Assembly: GCA_963674965.2 (NCBI GenBank) | Contig: CAXXFL010000001.1 | Span: 1,408,001-1,472,000 of the forward strand | From: a bacterium | Lineage (GTDB): Bacteria > RBG-13-61-14 > DATKZS01 | DNA length: 64,000 nt | Reading direction: 5' to 3' | Shown: piece after piece, positions 51,201-59,401 of the stretch | Position numbering within the stretch: position 1 is the first letter of the stretch | How the letters are laid out: each line of letters begins with the position of its first letter | Position numbers and translations under genes: made by a program | The notes under the pieces: generated by a model | What the model was told of the DNA's origin: nothing | The model's database searches: none | The model's input: the letters and a program-made list of their open reading frames with translations, nothing else

Positions 51201-52050
51201 AAACGGGCTGGTTGGAGGCCAGATATCCCTCTCCACCGCCCCGGATTCCGCCAACAACCCTGGAGCCGTTCACTACGCGTATATCAATGATGATACGGCC
51301 GATACCGTCAGATACTCCCAATGCGTTTTCTCCTCCAGTTCCCCATATATATCCTGCCTTGACGCCATCGAGATCGCGGAAATAGACATTGGCAACGGAG
51401 CGATCGACATGACCTCGAAGGAGATATACAACGCCTTTTATGGCCAAACGAGAAACACCGCTTTTATAAGCAAATTGGACGTGAGCGGCACGGGGCAGAT
51501 AAGTGCCTATGCCGCTCACCTTAACCAGGCTCAGACCGGACTGGCCAGCGCCTTATTGCGCGTTGAATACATCCCTGTCTCCGGCAGGTTGAATTTCGAT
51601 ACTTCCTGTAGCCTATTTAACAACAATTTCATCGCCCATCTCGCGTATGGCGCTAACGAATACGGCACGGGCAAGATTTACTACTCTTTTATTTCCGGGG
51701 GACAGTACTTGACCATATTGGTTTCCGACGGGAGCGCGGACGCCACTGACCCGTCGATTACCATCGATCCGGCCGGAGACGTGAACGTCGTTTACATGCA
51801 AGTCGTGGATGGCTCGATTCAAATCCACCATCGTAAGGTGATGATCAAGTACGACTCCGACGCCTCGGGTTACGATCTGCATCTTGGAGACGTAAGAAAC
51901 GTGACGGACTATGATCTCTCCGAAGACGCTTCCGCGCCGGTGGTGGACGTGGACCGGAATCTTCATATGAGTTTCTTATGGCTGGATAAATATTCTTTCA
52001 AAGAAGATAGCGAGAACGATAAATTGATGTATCGATACGTCAGGCAATAG
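45250..52050 (+). CDS. Giant secreted/surface protein with Ca-binding DxDxDG repeats, propeller segments and a GH39-like domain
   Basis: Signal peptide with Cys; DTDGDG repeats (~46840-47200); WIATDHGVS/WFATASGLA propeller motifs; RYG...V.SWYLEIYNE and AYTE; AAGGAG RBS. Confidence 0.75.
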   Translation: MDFIKKNRSKMAVPLGTSLLICLTVVTCALPQGADIKWTHPPFLNFGYGIKIHDVVDPNMNDKNERIVFYFGEGQDTSSFYPGDDLAIEKCLAHEINGVWQCDGQSESLDLNEYLPTDFCQFGPGQPGAELCFICNDYSTPCSSSDNNCCQFIGFQYDTEEYILSESSRVTGSFTYAYAWDWTEKDGLDDKIYDRLTIWVDNLEGDASSNYLYFVTINGQYTLEFVSHAHDDSWDEIPYLKSRRPAFNSGLGIGEPFPPHGELKMEFSEPMRIVAPHAWYDPAPPPSEDSFIGLDEYGQEISDFTNSTVFRGWMDAGLPPNTDVNIILFGEGNEWWSMLNYHPDDLIGQSVRPSEIGHDQYLVWPPLQDADGTRMAMGDYIEAVENPAGSGVLEESYTMDEFSSHDPYDVVELLFKTSPVRADVRYDKDNIDNELLAPYMPLSGCVEMSAQVDEAEVDGLDLEVLDPSADYADSGLGLGSCGPISSGQAACAFDFSGVPVSGKTYSIRFNSYYGAALKGLDQINAQFDLTGDHDADGLSDAQEIQNHSTDPCIADTDGDGLFDGDEVYTYMTDPTDPDTDGDGMPDGWEHVNGLDPLDDGDWDDDQDSDGLTNLNEFNNGTDPSNQDTDGDGLFDDMEIFYGYPYDPLEPQENSNIIVDARSSVFGSFDDPYNHRTIPNMDTGLYELFLLNQAKDTFDYVGNGMLLFEIDANGSLTLVRHLNSDVSSGDWDGVDTEDQWFEDTITSFALNGDELVIGSFRGGLYYYDLVNEKINKHFTMANTNVAATITQIAGNDIYLVPDDCDIVNPLCPSPSTTPCLSSDLTSGWDWQNAINRQIMINGYSFIVTSISVAGSEIVVQLLQPMEYFARPDPIQGVGPSYNKAVFQTGLIENNVFQIQADSDDIWINSGRSQMKSPFLGADETGGMSKIKKSGIQDGNSSIRPQASEAGYNMYPAASFHIDSNETKWIVWDNSDSATETAIGKLTLIGDYNEKTYTYADPSTIYGAEPISVIEDAQLGEKKYLLFGTKYNAGSIEKGVFVYDIDSDIFIAKLRHNLDDYYHVIDGDQSGDPNSILGNNVFAIKAQVVKVGPSNNEKDHVFAWIATDHGVSLVDLPQTSTDELENCGTNCAFEHFDASSKVTNGWDYSGYPMMHDDVLQYSCLPDNIVYDVHVESAIPANDIKDVTWTVWFATASGLARFKGTSEEFQYVDSQCEQLHWDYYNNSTDSLLFPDQKNDKVSSMLFFNHGDKDYLAVGSGDPFYHNTGNTSKEIELLNEANKTSPNKPFRKVRANIFINEDWTQNVWERGYNSIYNFYTKDFHDATSVTGDECGIEEPQCIEDEIHRLKFGNLDLIMDKLVQERDVIPIIGFHSFPMIIWNEMGKDCGHFFASDPEHSMGCWGSVDWRVYQNLVYALLYHYRERYGSDKVNSWYLEIYNENGPFDLNDDYYQATLEAIEAFEAKYGKTINFGVNKSGFVDDFSFSEGDDGWMSRLDIITCHPYDHASLYKASPIHLQTHLDGVRASRLWIHKLFPHATWAYTEDGPWFSTDSRANYDIFLRTYNNHRFGIYNWDGVRDIHDSSMLDILRPPDFSNHENFNFSKAGSFVNLWNYTNYIEDKAVVRNVNFTAQEALSHLGDLRIFASKYGNGSEMAPFATLDSHNMGSIAVAAQDYSFWGLYPDDLLDQALVNRSVRTHNITINGLDPNAEYNVLEYKLDEEHGSESDDDYYLGAYYQYMEQGCAIKPQNCTGPVLEKIIEDSKLKRLKGASERAFSEMVSGSSHIDGSIDLVEGGAYVVELQAAPVLHHDPAQIPAEHSMISDPAGNIFVTYKAGDSLFLKSWDVNTNKWSVEGVLDFDDSRSVSDVQYVVDAQSYLASFQDGAPGGPYEGKKIIHLADHYIHPESIVLTQTGIDYTPRNACYQGMYNLKYNYHDKTLELCPGSEMSDGQVTVNYDRSVVLLGAESSANQPGLYAHDGVSLFGHVVEQNGLVGGQISLSTAPDSANNPGAVHYAYINDDTADTVRYSQCVFSSSSPYISCLDAIEIAEIDIGNGAIDMTSKEIYNAFYGQTRNTAFISKLDVSGTGQISAYAAHLNQAQTGLASALLRVEYIPVSGRLNFDTSCSLFNNNFIAHLAYGANEYGTGKIYYSFISGGQYLTILVSDGSADATDPSITIDPAGDVNVVYMQVVDGSIQIHHRKVMIKYDSDASGYDLHLGDVRNVTDYDLSEDASAPVVDVDRNLHMSFLWLDKYSFKEDSENDKLMYRYVRQ

Positions 52051-52060
52051 GCGCCTGGGC

Positions 52061-52270
52061 GGGTGGGCCACGCGGTTTTGCAAAAAATCGCGTGGCTCGC
52101 GCGAAACGAGACGGGTATGCCGTTAAAAGCTTCTCACGGTTCTTGGAAATTCAATTTGAGCTTTTAACTTCCTTAACGCGCGCATACGGTGAAGCCGCAA
52201 GCTTCTACTTGCCTCGTGGCGCAAGGCCCGTTCGTTTGGCCCACCCCCTCATTCGCGCCGGATGAGGGGG
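52061..52270 (+). repeat. ~200-bp structured repeat, copy 1
   Basis: Aligns with 56517-56716 (CGCGTGGCTC, CGAGACGGGTATGCCG, AGCTTCTCACGGTTCTT, TCAATTTGAGCTTTT, GCCCGTTCG, CTCATTCG..CCG.ATGAG). Confidence 0.8.
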
Positions 52271-52307
52271 ACAACCCCGGAAAAGAGCTCGAGGAGGGCG
52301 GCGCCAT

Positions 52308-53000
52308 TCAGACTTCAGGATATCTTCCGCAGCCGATGCCCTCGCCCAGTTTGCACCAGGTGCATTGGCCCGGCGTCTGATCGGCCAAAAACAGTTGGGA
52401 CTCGCATTTTCCGCAAAGGTATTCCTCGCCCTTTTTCATGGGCCCGTCGCAGGGAGTAATGGTCATGGGGCACAGCTCGACGCAGTAGCCGCATTTTTTG
52501 CAGTAATCGGGCCGGACGCCAAAGGGAAAATCAACTCGGCGGTCCTTGCCCCGGCCCACGAAGCCGATGGCGCGCGCTCCCCAAAGCTCGGTACAAGCCC
52601 TTACGCAGCGCCCGCACAACACGCAGTCATGGTTGCGGAAAGGATACCTGACCTCCTTGACCCCGCACCGCGCGGCTATGTCCTGGATGGCCCTCGAGTT
52701 GGGGGCCTGGGCCACGAGCAGCTCGGCGATATTTTTGCGAAGTTTTCTTATCTTATCGGTATTGGTTTTTATGACCATTCCCTCCTGGACCTTGAGGGTG
52801 CAGGAGGTCGTGATTTTGGATTTTCCGTTAACCACGTGCTCGACGATGCAAAGCCTGCAGGCGCCTATATCCGAGAGGGTCTCGACGTGGCAAAGGTGAG
52901 GGATGCAAATCCCGTACTCCAGGGCCACGTCCAGGACGCTGGTTCCCTTTGCCGCCTTGACGTTTCCGCCGTCTATAATTACGTTCACGTAATGGATCAT
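52308..53000 (-). CDS. Fe-S subunit (NuoG/HydA N-terminal, HoxU-like), no catalytic domain
   Basis: [2Fe-2S] IPHLCH...GACRLC...SC; CVLCGRCVRAC and CKKCGYCVELCP; extra Cys-rich tail. Confidence 0.82.
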   Translation of the reverse strand: MIHYVNVIIDGGNVKAAKGTSVLDVALEYGICIPHLCHVETLSDIGACRLCIVEHVVNGKSKITTSCTLKVQEGMVIKTNTDKIRKLRKNIAELLVAQAPNSRAIQDIAARCGVKEVRYPFRNHDCVLCGRCVRACTELWGARAIGFVGRGKDRRVDFPFGVRPDYCKKCGYCVELCPMTITPCDGPMKKGEEYLCGKCESQLFLADQTPGQCTWCKLGEGIGCGRYPEV

Positions 53001-53011
53001 GTTTCACCTCG

Positions 53012-54865
53012 TCAGTTGATTTGTATGGCCTCGAACTTGCACTCGCTCCGGCATATGCCGCACTTCTGACATAGTTTCAGGTCGATCGAGTGGGCCATCT
53101 TTTTGCTTCCGCTGATGGCGTCATGGGGACAGTTACGTTTACAAACTCCGCAGCCCGTGCACTTTTCGGGATCGATGGAGTAGCTGATAAGGGCCTTGCA
53201 AACGCCCGCGGGGCATTTCTTGTCGTTAATATGCGCCTCGTACTCCTCGCGGAAATAGCGCAGCGTCGAGAGCACCGGGTTGGGCGCGGTTTTTCCGAGT
53301 CCGCAAAGGGCGGTCTGGCTGACGGTGTCGGCCAGCTCTTCAAGCAGCTCGAGTTTTTGCGGCGTGCCTTTTCCCTCGGTGATATCCGTGACGATCTCGA
53401 GCATGCGGTCGATGCCCAGGCGGCAGGGCACGCACTTGCCGCAGGATTCATCCTGCAGGAACTCGAGGAAATACTTGGCCACGTCCACCATGCACGACTC
53501 CTCGTCCATGACCACCATGCCGCCGGAGCCGACCATGGAGCCCGCCTCATAAAAGAGATCGAAGTCAACGGGCAGATCGAATTTCGAAACCGGGAGGCAA
53601 CCGCCGGAGGGACCACCCGTTTGCACGGCCTTGACGGCCTTTCCGTTCAAGGCCCCGCCCCCCACGTCGAAAACAACCGTCTTGAGGGGCGTGCCCATGG
53701 CGACCTCAACGAGGCCCGTGTTCTTGACGCGTCCAGTCAAGGCGAGGATTTTAGTTCCCTTGCTTCCGCTTGTCCCCTTGGAGGCGAACCATTTGGCCCC
53801 GTTCGATATTATGGAGGGGACGTTGGCCCACGTTTCCACGTTGTTCAAAGTGGTCGGCTTGTGCCATACCCCATCGATGACGGTATGAATGTCCTTTGGC
53901 CTTGGCTCTCCCACTTTTCCCTCGAGCGAGGCCATAAGGGCCGTCGATTCTCCGCAGACGAAAGCTCCGCCTCCACGTGCTATCTCGACGTCGAAGGAAA
54001 AGGAAGACCCCAAAAGGTCCTCCCCCAACAGGCCCATTTCTCTTGCCTGTTCCACCGCTATGCGCGAATGTTCCACCGCCAGAGGATACTCGTTGCGGAC
54101 GTAAACGTATCCCTTTTGGGCGCCCACGGCCAGGGCCCCGATCATCATGCCCTCGAGCACGAGATGGGGATTGCCCTCGAGGAGGCACCTGTCCATATAA
54201 GCGCCGGGGTCACCCTCGTCGGCGTTGCAGATAACGTACTTCTCGTCGCCCGGCGCCTCATGGCATTCGGTCCATTTTTTGCCGGTGGGAAATCCGCCTC
54301 CTCCTCGGCCCCGCAGGCCGGAGACCTTGATCTCACGGATTATCTCCTCCGGAGCCATGCCCTCGAGGGCCTTGACAAAGGCCGAGTAGCCTCCAATCGC
54401 CACGTAGTCCTCGATCGAGCAAGGATCAACCTCGCGGTTAAGGGAGAGCAACCGACGCTCCTGGGCCGCGTAAAAAGGTATATCGGACTGGGTTTTAGCC
54501 CTCTTCCCGGTCACGGGATCCGTGTAAAGAAGGCGCTCGACGATCTTGCCTTTGTGGAGGGTCTTGAACACCACCTCCTGGGCGTCCTCCGGGGTCAGTT
54601 GGCAATAGAAAAAATTGCCCGGCTCGATCACGGCTATGGGACCCTGCTCGCAAAACCCGTGGCATCCCGTCACCCGGACGTGGACCATCTCGTCCATGCT
54701 CTGCGCCGTCAGTTCCTTTTTTATGGCCTCGATAACGCGCTGGGACTCCGAGGCCCGGCAGCCGGTTCCGCCGCATATGGTGATGGTTTTTTTGGCTTTT
54801 CCCCGTGAGCGGCTGATCTTTTTGGCCAGAGCTTCAAGGTCGCCGGATTTTTGCAACTTAGGCAT
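53012..54865 (-). CDS. NuoF/HydB-like FMN/NADH-binding subunit
   Basis: N-terminal 2Fe-2S (CGGTGC, GCHGFCEQGP), GLRGRGGGGFP, NADEGDPG, GGPSGG, ESCGKCVPCR, C-terminal 2x[4Fe-4S]. Confidence 0.92.
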   Translation of the reverse strand: MPKLQKSGDLEALAKKISRSRGKAKKTITICGGTGCRASESQRVIEAIKKELTAQSMDEMVHVRVTGCHGFCEQGPIAVIEPGNFFYCQLTPEDAQEVVFKTLHKGKIVERLLYTDPVTGKRAKTQSDIPFYAAQERRLLSLNREVDPCSIEDYVAIGGYSAFVKALEGMAPEEIIREIKVSGLRGRGGGGFPTGKKWTECHEAPGDEKYVICNADEGDPGAYMDRCLLEGNPHLVLEGMMIGALAVGAQKGYVYVRNEYPLAVEHSRIAVEQAREMGLLGEDLLGSSFSFDVEIARGGGAFVCGESTALMASLEGKVGEPRPKDIHTVIDGVWHKPTTLNNVETWANVPSIISNGAKWFASKGTSGSKGTKILALTGRVKNTGLVEVAMGTPLKTVVFDVGGGALNGKAVKAVQTGGPSGGCLPVSKFDLPVDFDLFYEAGSMVGSGGMVVMDEESCMVDVAKYFLEFLQDESCGKCVPCRLGIDRMLEIVTDITEGKGTPQKLELLEELADTVSQTALCGLGKTAPNPVLSTLRYFREEYEAHINDKKCPAGVCKALISYSIDPEKCTGCGVCKRNCPHDAISGSKKMAHSIDLKLCQKCGICRSECKFEAIQIN

Positions 54866-55340
54866 CTTTGGACTCCTTTTTCTCCTTGAGAGAAAGCTCA
54901 TTGATAAGTTTCCGAAGTTTGCCGGGAGTCATGTGGTGATGGTAGACGCCGTTTACGGAAACGATGGGACCCAGGGCGCAGGCCCCCAGGCAATTGACGT
55001 GCTCGACGGTAAAGAGGCCATCGTCGGTCATCTGGCCGGGCTTGACGCCAAGCTGAGCTGTAGCCTGGTCCAGAAGCAGCTTTCCGCCGCGCACGTGACA
55101 GGCGGTGCCCATGCACATGGTGATCACGTTTTTTCCGCGGGGGAACAGCTTGAAAGCCTTGTAAAAGGAGGCCACGCGGTATACCTCGATTTGCGGCACT
55201 CCCAGTTCCCTGGAGATTTCCTTCATGGCTTCCTCGGGTATGTATCCGACGCTTTCCTGCAGGTCCTGCAGTACTTCGATAAGCTGGCTGGGACTGCTGC
55301 GTCGTCCTTTTAAAATGGAGTCGAGTTTAAAGGTCTGCAT
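54858..55340 (-). CDS. NuoE/HydC-like [2Fe-2S] subunit
   Basis: VASFY, CMGTACHVRG, NCLGACALGP. Confidence 0.92.
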   Translation of the reverse strand: MQTFKLDSILKGRRSSPSQLIEVLQDLQESVGYIPEEAMKEISRELGVPQIEVYRVASFYKAFKLFPRGKNVITMCMGTACHVRGGKLLLDQATAQLGVKPGQMTDDGLFTVEHVNCLGACALGPIVSVNGVYHHHMTPGKLRKLINELSLKEKKESKDA

Positions 55341-55440
55341 ATAAACCTCCAGGTTCGATTGAAATAGTGAATTTGTTATTGACCTTACCGATTCTAGAGT
55401 GTAAGATTAAGCGTGTAAATACGGATTAATTACAATATAA

Positions 55441-55461
55441 TTGCCTATTTATTATAGGCAA
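55441..55461. promoter_or_regulatory. Palindromic operator candidate
   Basis: TTGCCTAT-N5-ATAGGCAA in the divergent promoter; extra half-site at 55489-55496. Confidence 0.55.
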
Positions 55462-55515
55462 ATATAACTATTATTCATACAGTATGTTTTGCCTATATAA
55501 AATGTGTAAAAAGGG

Positions 55516-56499
55516 ATGGATATGAGTAAGGACGAGTTTGGACCAGTCGGGCCGGAAGGCAATCATCATTATCCCGATCAAGAGCTGGCAAAGTTGTGGA
55601 GAATTCCCTTCAGCGACGAGTCGGAGTTCGCGAAAATCGAGCAGGCCCTGCGCGAGCGTATAAAGGAGCTAAACTGCCTTTACGGAGTCTCCCAGTTGGC
55701 GGAGCGTCATTTCAATTCCCTTGACGACCTTCTTGGCAGTCTGGTGAATTTTCTTCCCCACTCTTGGCAATACCCGAGGATAACCAGGGCCAGGATTACC
55801 TTCAAGGAAAAAACCTTTAAAAGCGATGGTTTCAAGATCACCAAATGGCGCCAATACTCGAGGATTTTCATTTATGGCGAGGCGGTGGGCGAGGTTTCCA
55901 TGTTTTACATGGATGAGCGCCCGCCCGCGGACGAAGGCCCTTTTTTAAAAGAGGAGAGAGCGCTTCTGGACGCGTTGGCCGAGCAGATCGGCGCCATCGC
56001 GGCCAGGATTTCCGCCGAGCTCGAGATTCAGGAAATAAATAAGCAACTCACCCTGGAGCGCAGGGCACTGCAGGAATCCAACGTCGCCATGCGCTCGGTC
56101 CTTTCCCGGATCGAGGAGGAAAAGCAGGATATCTACCGGAACATAAAGGCCAACGTGGACAAAATTCTCATGCCCATTCTACACGCCCTGGCCCTGGAGC
56201 TTCCCGCGAACCAGAAAAAGTACGTGGAAATGCTGAGCGCCAACCTCGAGCAGATAACTTCCCCCTTTATCAGCCATTTGTCGCGTTCCTACCACGCCCT
56301 CACCCCCACGGAGATATCCATCTGCAACATGATACGAAACGGCCTTCGCACCAAGGAGATAGCGCGGGTCAGAGGCGTTTCCGACTCCACCGTGAATCGA
56401 CACCGCGAAAACATCAGAAGGAAGCTTAATATAACCAACAGCGACGTCAACCTCGTGACCTACCTTCAATCCAGCATGTGGGAGGATGAAAGACGCTGA
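55516..56499 (+). CDS. LuxR-family HTH transcriptional regulator
   Basis: N-terminal LRERIKELNCLY...EGPFLKEER domain; C-terminal LTPTEISIC..IRNGL.TKEIA....VS..TV..HRENIRRKL. Confidence 0.88.
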   Translation: MDMSKDEFGPVGPEGNHHYPDQELAKLWRIPFSDESEFAKIEQALRERIKELNCLYGVSQLAERHFNSLDDLLGSLVNFLPHSWQYPRITRARITFKEKTFKSDGFKITKWRQYSRIFIYGEAVGEVSMFYMDERPPADEGPFLKEERALLDALAEQIGAIAARISAELEIQEINKQLTLERRALQESNVAMRSVLSRIEEEKQDIYRNIKANVDKILMPILHALALELPANQKKYVEMLSANLEQITSPFISHLSRSYHALTPTEISICNMIRNGLRTKEIARVRGVSDSTVNRHRENIRRKLNITNSDVNLVTYLQSSMWEDERR

Positions 56500-56516
56500 T
56501 TTTTTTTTTTAGGATC

Positions 56517-56716
56517 GGGCGCGCCATAAAACGGCTTTGCCAAAACCGCGTGGCTCTCGCGGAGCGAGACGGGTATGCCGGTATCAGCTTCTCACGGTTC
56601 TTTGAAAAATCAATTTGAGCTTTTCGCATGCAAGTGGAGCCGAAAGCTTCGACATGACTTGAGGCGCTAAGCCCGTTCGCTCCGCTCACCCACTCATTCG
56701 TGCCGAATGAGGTGGG
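56517..56716 (+). repeat. ~200-bp structured repeat, copy 2
   Basis: Diverged direct-orientation copy of 52061-52270. Confidence 0.8.
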
Positions 56717-57085
56717 CCACCCAAGATGACGAGATCGAGGAGGGCGACACCCTCAAGCTGTCCGTGGCGGGCGCGCTGGACGCGGGGACGTACACGGTTC
56801 GGTTCGATAATGGGTCGGGCGCGGTTTTCACCATCGAGGCGTACGTTTCCGAGGGCGCGACTTATATCCTGGTGGACACGGGAGACCCCGGGGACGACGC
56901 CGGCTCCGGCTCATACGATATTGGAATGATATGGGGATATCATACTTATTTATTGACGTTTCCGATATCTCATGTCAATATCGGCAATGATAGTTATAGA
57001 GGGTGGATATTGAATAGCTTAATACAAACAGGAAACGAAATATTATCTCGGCACTCGGAGGAGATACTTGGGCATACAGCGAATT

Positions 57086-57162
57086 AAGTATGCTGTCCCC
57101 AGAACTTCCCAAGTATGCTGTCCCCAGAACTTCCCCTGTCCCCAGAACTTCCCCAGAACTTC
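57086..57162 (+). repeat. Short tandem repeat with progressively truncated units
   Basis: AAGTATGCTGTCCCCAGAACTTCCC x2, then CTGTCCCCAGAACTTCCC, then CAGAACTTC. Confidence 0.85.
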
Positions 57163-57240
57163 ACGCAAAATTTAAGACAATATCGCGGGCCATCCCACGC
57201 CACCCTGGGAATGAGTTCACCATTTAAAATTTGGCAACAA

Positions 57241-58539
57241 TCACTGGTCCTCGAACAACGTCCCGGCCTGCCAGTTGTAGTATCCGGTTATGGTATGGCC
57301 GTTTCCTCCGCTTACGGACGAGTAATTTCCATTGGCGTGGTTCTGGTATCCGCCGCTGACGGTGGATTCATTTCCGTCCGCCCCGTTGCCTCTTCCTCCC
57401 AGGACGGCCGAGTCGTCTCCGCTGGCGACGTTATTGTATCCTCCGCTCACGACCGCGAAGTCTCCACTTGCAAGGTTGTGATAGCCGCCGCTCACGCCGG
57501 TGGCGTAGCCGGCGGACCTGTTGTCAAAGCCTCCACTGACGGTGGATGCCATGCCGTAGGCCAGGTTGCTGTCTCCTCCGACCAGGGTCGAGTTTTCGCC
57601 TACCGAGTGGTCCGTCACCAGGGAATCGCCGGCCAGGTTTCCGTAACCGCCGATAATGGCGGAATAATTGGCAAAGGCATGATTGGTGACGTAGCCTCCT
57701 CCTCCCGCCACGGTCGAGCAAGACCCGCTCGCGACGTTAAGGCTTCCGCCGCTGACGCTCGCGTAGACGCCAAGTATACGGTTGCCCTGGCCGGCGACCA
57801 GTCCGCCGTAAGAGCTGTAACCGTGATCTTTGCCGACGATAATGTTATGCGAGCCGCTCCTGTCATATAAGCTGGAGTTTTCGTTATACCCGACGATCAG
57901 GTTGCCGTATCCGGTGGTGTCGCCGTCGGTCGCACCCGTGCCGCTTCTTACGTGGACGTTAACGCCCGTAAAGATAAGGTCGGATACGGTATCACCCTTT
58001 TTTGTCACTGAAACGGGCTCAAGCTTTTCCTCCACGACGCCAAGCGTGGCGCTATTGGTCGCGATATTTACGGAGTTGCCGTCGATTTGCGCTTGAAGCG
58101 CGGCGATCATCGCGTCGACTTCCGCCTTGCTATAATAGTCCCCGCCCCCGCAGTCTCCCGCGACCATGGCGAAGGGGACCGAGGCTATCCTTTGGCGGGG
58201 CGTGAATACTTCTCCTCTTACGGTGACCTCGAGATATACGGTCGAGCCGGAAAATACGGATGGAGTGATCGGGTTGACGCTTCCCAAAAGGACCGAGTAG
58301 ATGCCTTTACTGACGCTAACCGCCGCCTGGGTCTCGCCCCATAATAGGCTCGAGCCGGGAGTATCTCCGTCAACCAATTCGAAACGGACCTCTAACGTGG
58401 ACCCGTCAACGGGCGCCCCGCTATGATCGATGAGCCTGCCTTGGTAGTTAATTAGTTGAGGAACGTCTTGAGCGTTCGCCAAACCGCACGACGCCAATAT
58501 GACCCCAAAAAGGAGCCAGGCCATGGTCTTCGACTTCAT
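57241..58539 (-). CDS. Secreted protein with coiled coil and Gly-rich SGG..N.A.G repeats (adhesin/fibre-like)
   Basis: Signal peptide; VPQLINYQGRL N-domain ending PRQRIASVPFA; coiled coil; ~14-aa repeats VSGGYxNxASGxxS. Confidence 0.75.
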   Translation of the reverse strand: MKSKTMAWLLFGVILASCGLANAQDVPQLINYQGRLIDHSGAPVDGSTLEVRFELVDGDTPGSSLLWGETQAAVSVSKGIYSVLLGSVNPITPSVFSGSTVYLEVTVRGEVFTPRQRIASVPFAMVAGDCGGGDYYSKAEVDAMIAALQAQIDGNSVNIATNSATLGVVEEKLEPVSVTKKGDTVSDLIFTGVNVHVRSGTGATDGDTTGYGNLIVGYNENSSLYDRSGSHNIIVGKDHGYSSYGGLVAGQGNRILGVYASVSGGSLNVASGSCSTVAGGGGYVTNHAFANYSAIIGGYGNLAGDSLVTDHSVGENSTLVGGDSNLAYGMASTVSGGFDNRSAGYATGVSGGYHNLASGDFAVVSGGYNNVASGDDSAVLGGRGNGADGNESTVSGGYQNHANGNYSSVSGGNGHTITGYYNWQAGTLFEDQ

Positions 58540-58629
58540 TTTTTCCCTCCCTGTATAGTTGCCGTTTAACTCCGGCCCCACCCCGGAAAGGCAAAGGAAA
58601 ATAATGCTCCTTTTTGTATTAGGAGGTTA

Positions 58630-59226
58630 TTAACCTTTCCTTGGCGCGGCTCGACAAAGAATAAACCAGTTGGGCATGGGGTCCTCGCCCATCTTGAAGG
58701 CTCGGCCTATGACCACGTCGTCCGATACCCAGCGCAGGTTGTCCTTGGTTCCACCGTAAACGAACATGCTGGGAAAGGCGTCGTTGGATTTGATTTCCGG
58801 CCACCCGGCGGGCCGCTCGGAGGGTATGCGCGTATAGTTGACCTGGATTTCGTATTCCTCGTTCTTGGGGTTCCTGTTGACCATGTAATAGCCGGGTCCC
58901 ACCAGCCAGCCGATCCAGGCGTTGTTGTAGCCGCACAGGTTGCCTTCATTGTCCAGGTAAAAGACCTTCTGGAAGAGGGTGAAGGCGGGCAGGGAGTTCC
59001 TGCCGTCAAAGGGGAAAGCCTCGAGGGGCTTGGCGTCGCGGGGAACGAAATAATCGAAGTCGAGGGGTTTCGAGTTCTCGGAGATTTCCCATAATTTCAC
59101 CTGCTCCTTTTTACCCAGCTCGCGGGACTGGATCACCCGCTCGGGATGAGCGAGCGAGTCGAGATGCTCCGTGACCTCGGCGAGAGTCACGCCGGCGCGA
59201 TTTAAAAGTTCCTTTAACCTGGACAT
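58630..59226 (-). CDS. Hypothetical protein
   Basis: 198-aa ORF with AGGAGG RBS and native codon usage. Confidence 0.7.
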   Translation of the reverse strand: MSRLKELLNRAGVTLAEVTEHLDSLAHPERVIQSRELGKKEQVKLWEISENSKPLDFDYFVPRDAKPLEAFPFDGRNSLPAFTLFQKVFYLDNEGNLCGYNNAWIGWLVGPGYYMVNRNPKNEEYEIQVNYTRIPSERPAGWPEIKSNDAFPSMFVYGGTKDNLRWVSDDVVIGRAFKMGEDPMPNWFILCRAAPRKG

Positions 59227-59401
59227 GGTCCACCTCCTATGATCTTCGCGGGGCTTGCCGCGCTTTCATTTTAGCATTATTGGCCGGGTATCCAAGCCCA
59301 AAATTTATCCGGAAACATGCCGGCCCGGTTTCCGGTTCGGGGGAAGTTAAAAACCAGGTGAAGAAATTTCCCGTAAGCGTTATAATACGTAGCGGAAACG
59401 G

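Noticed and set aside
52308-55340. Complex I (nuo) operon or a complete hydrogenase/formate dehydrogenase
   Set aside because: No membrane subunits and no catalytic domain in the third gene.
57086-57162. 25-bp repeat as a mini-CRISPR
   Set aside because: Units are directly adjacent with no spacers.
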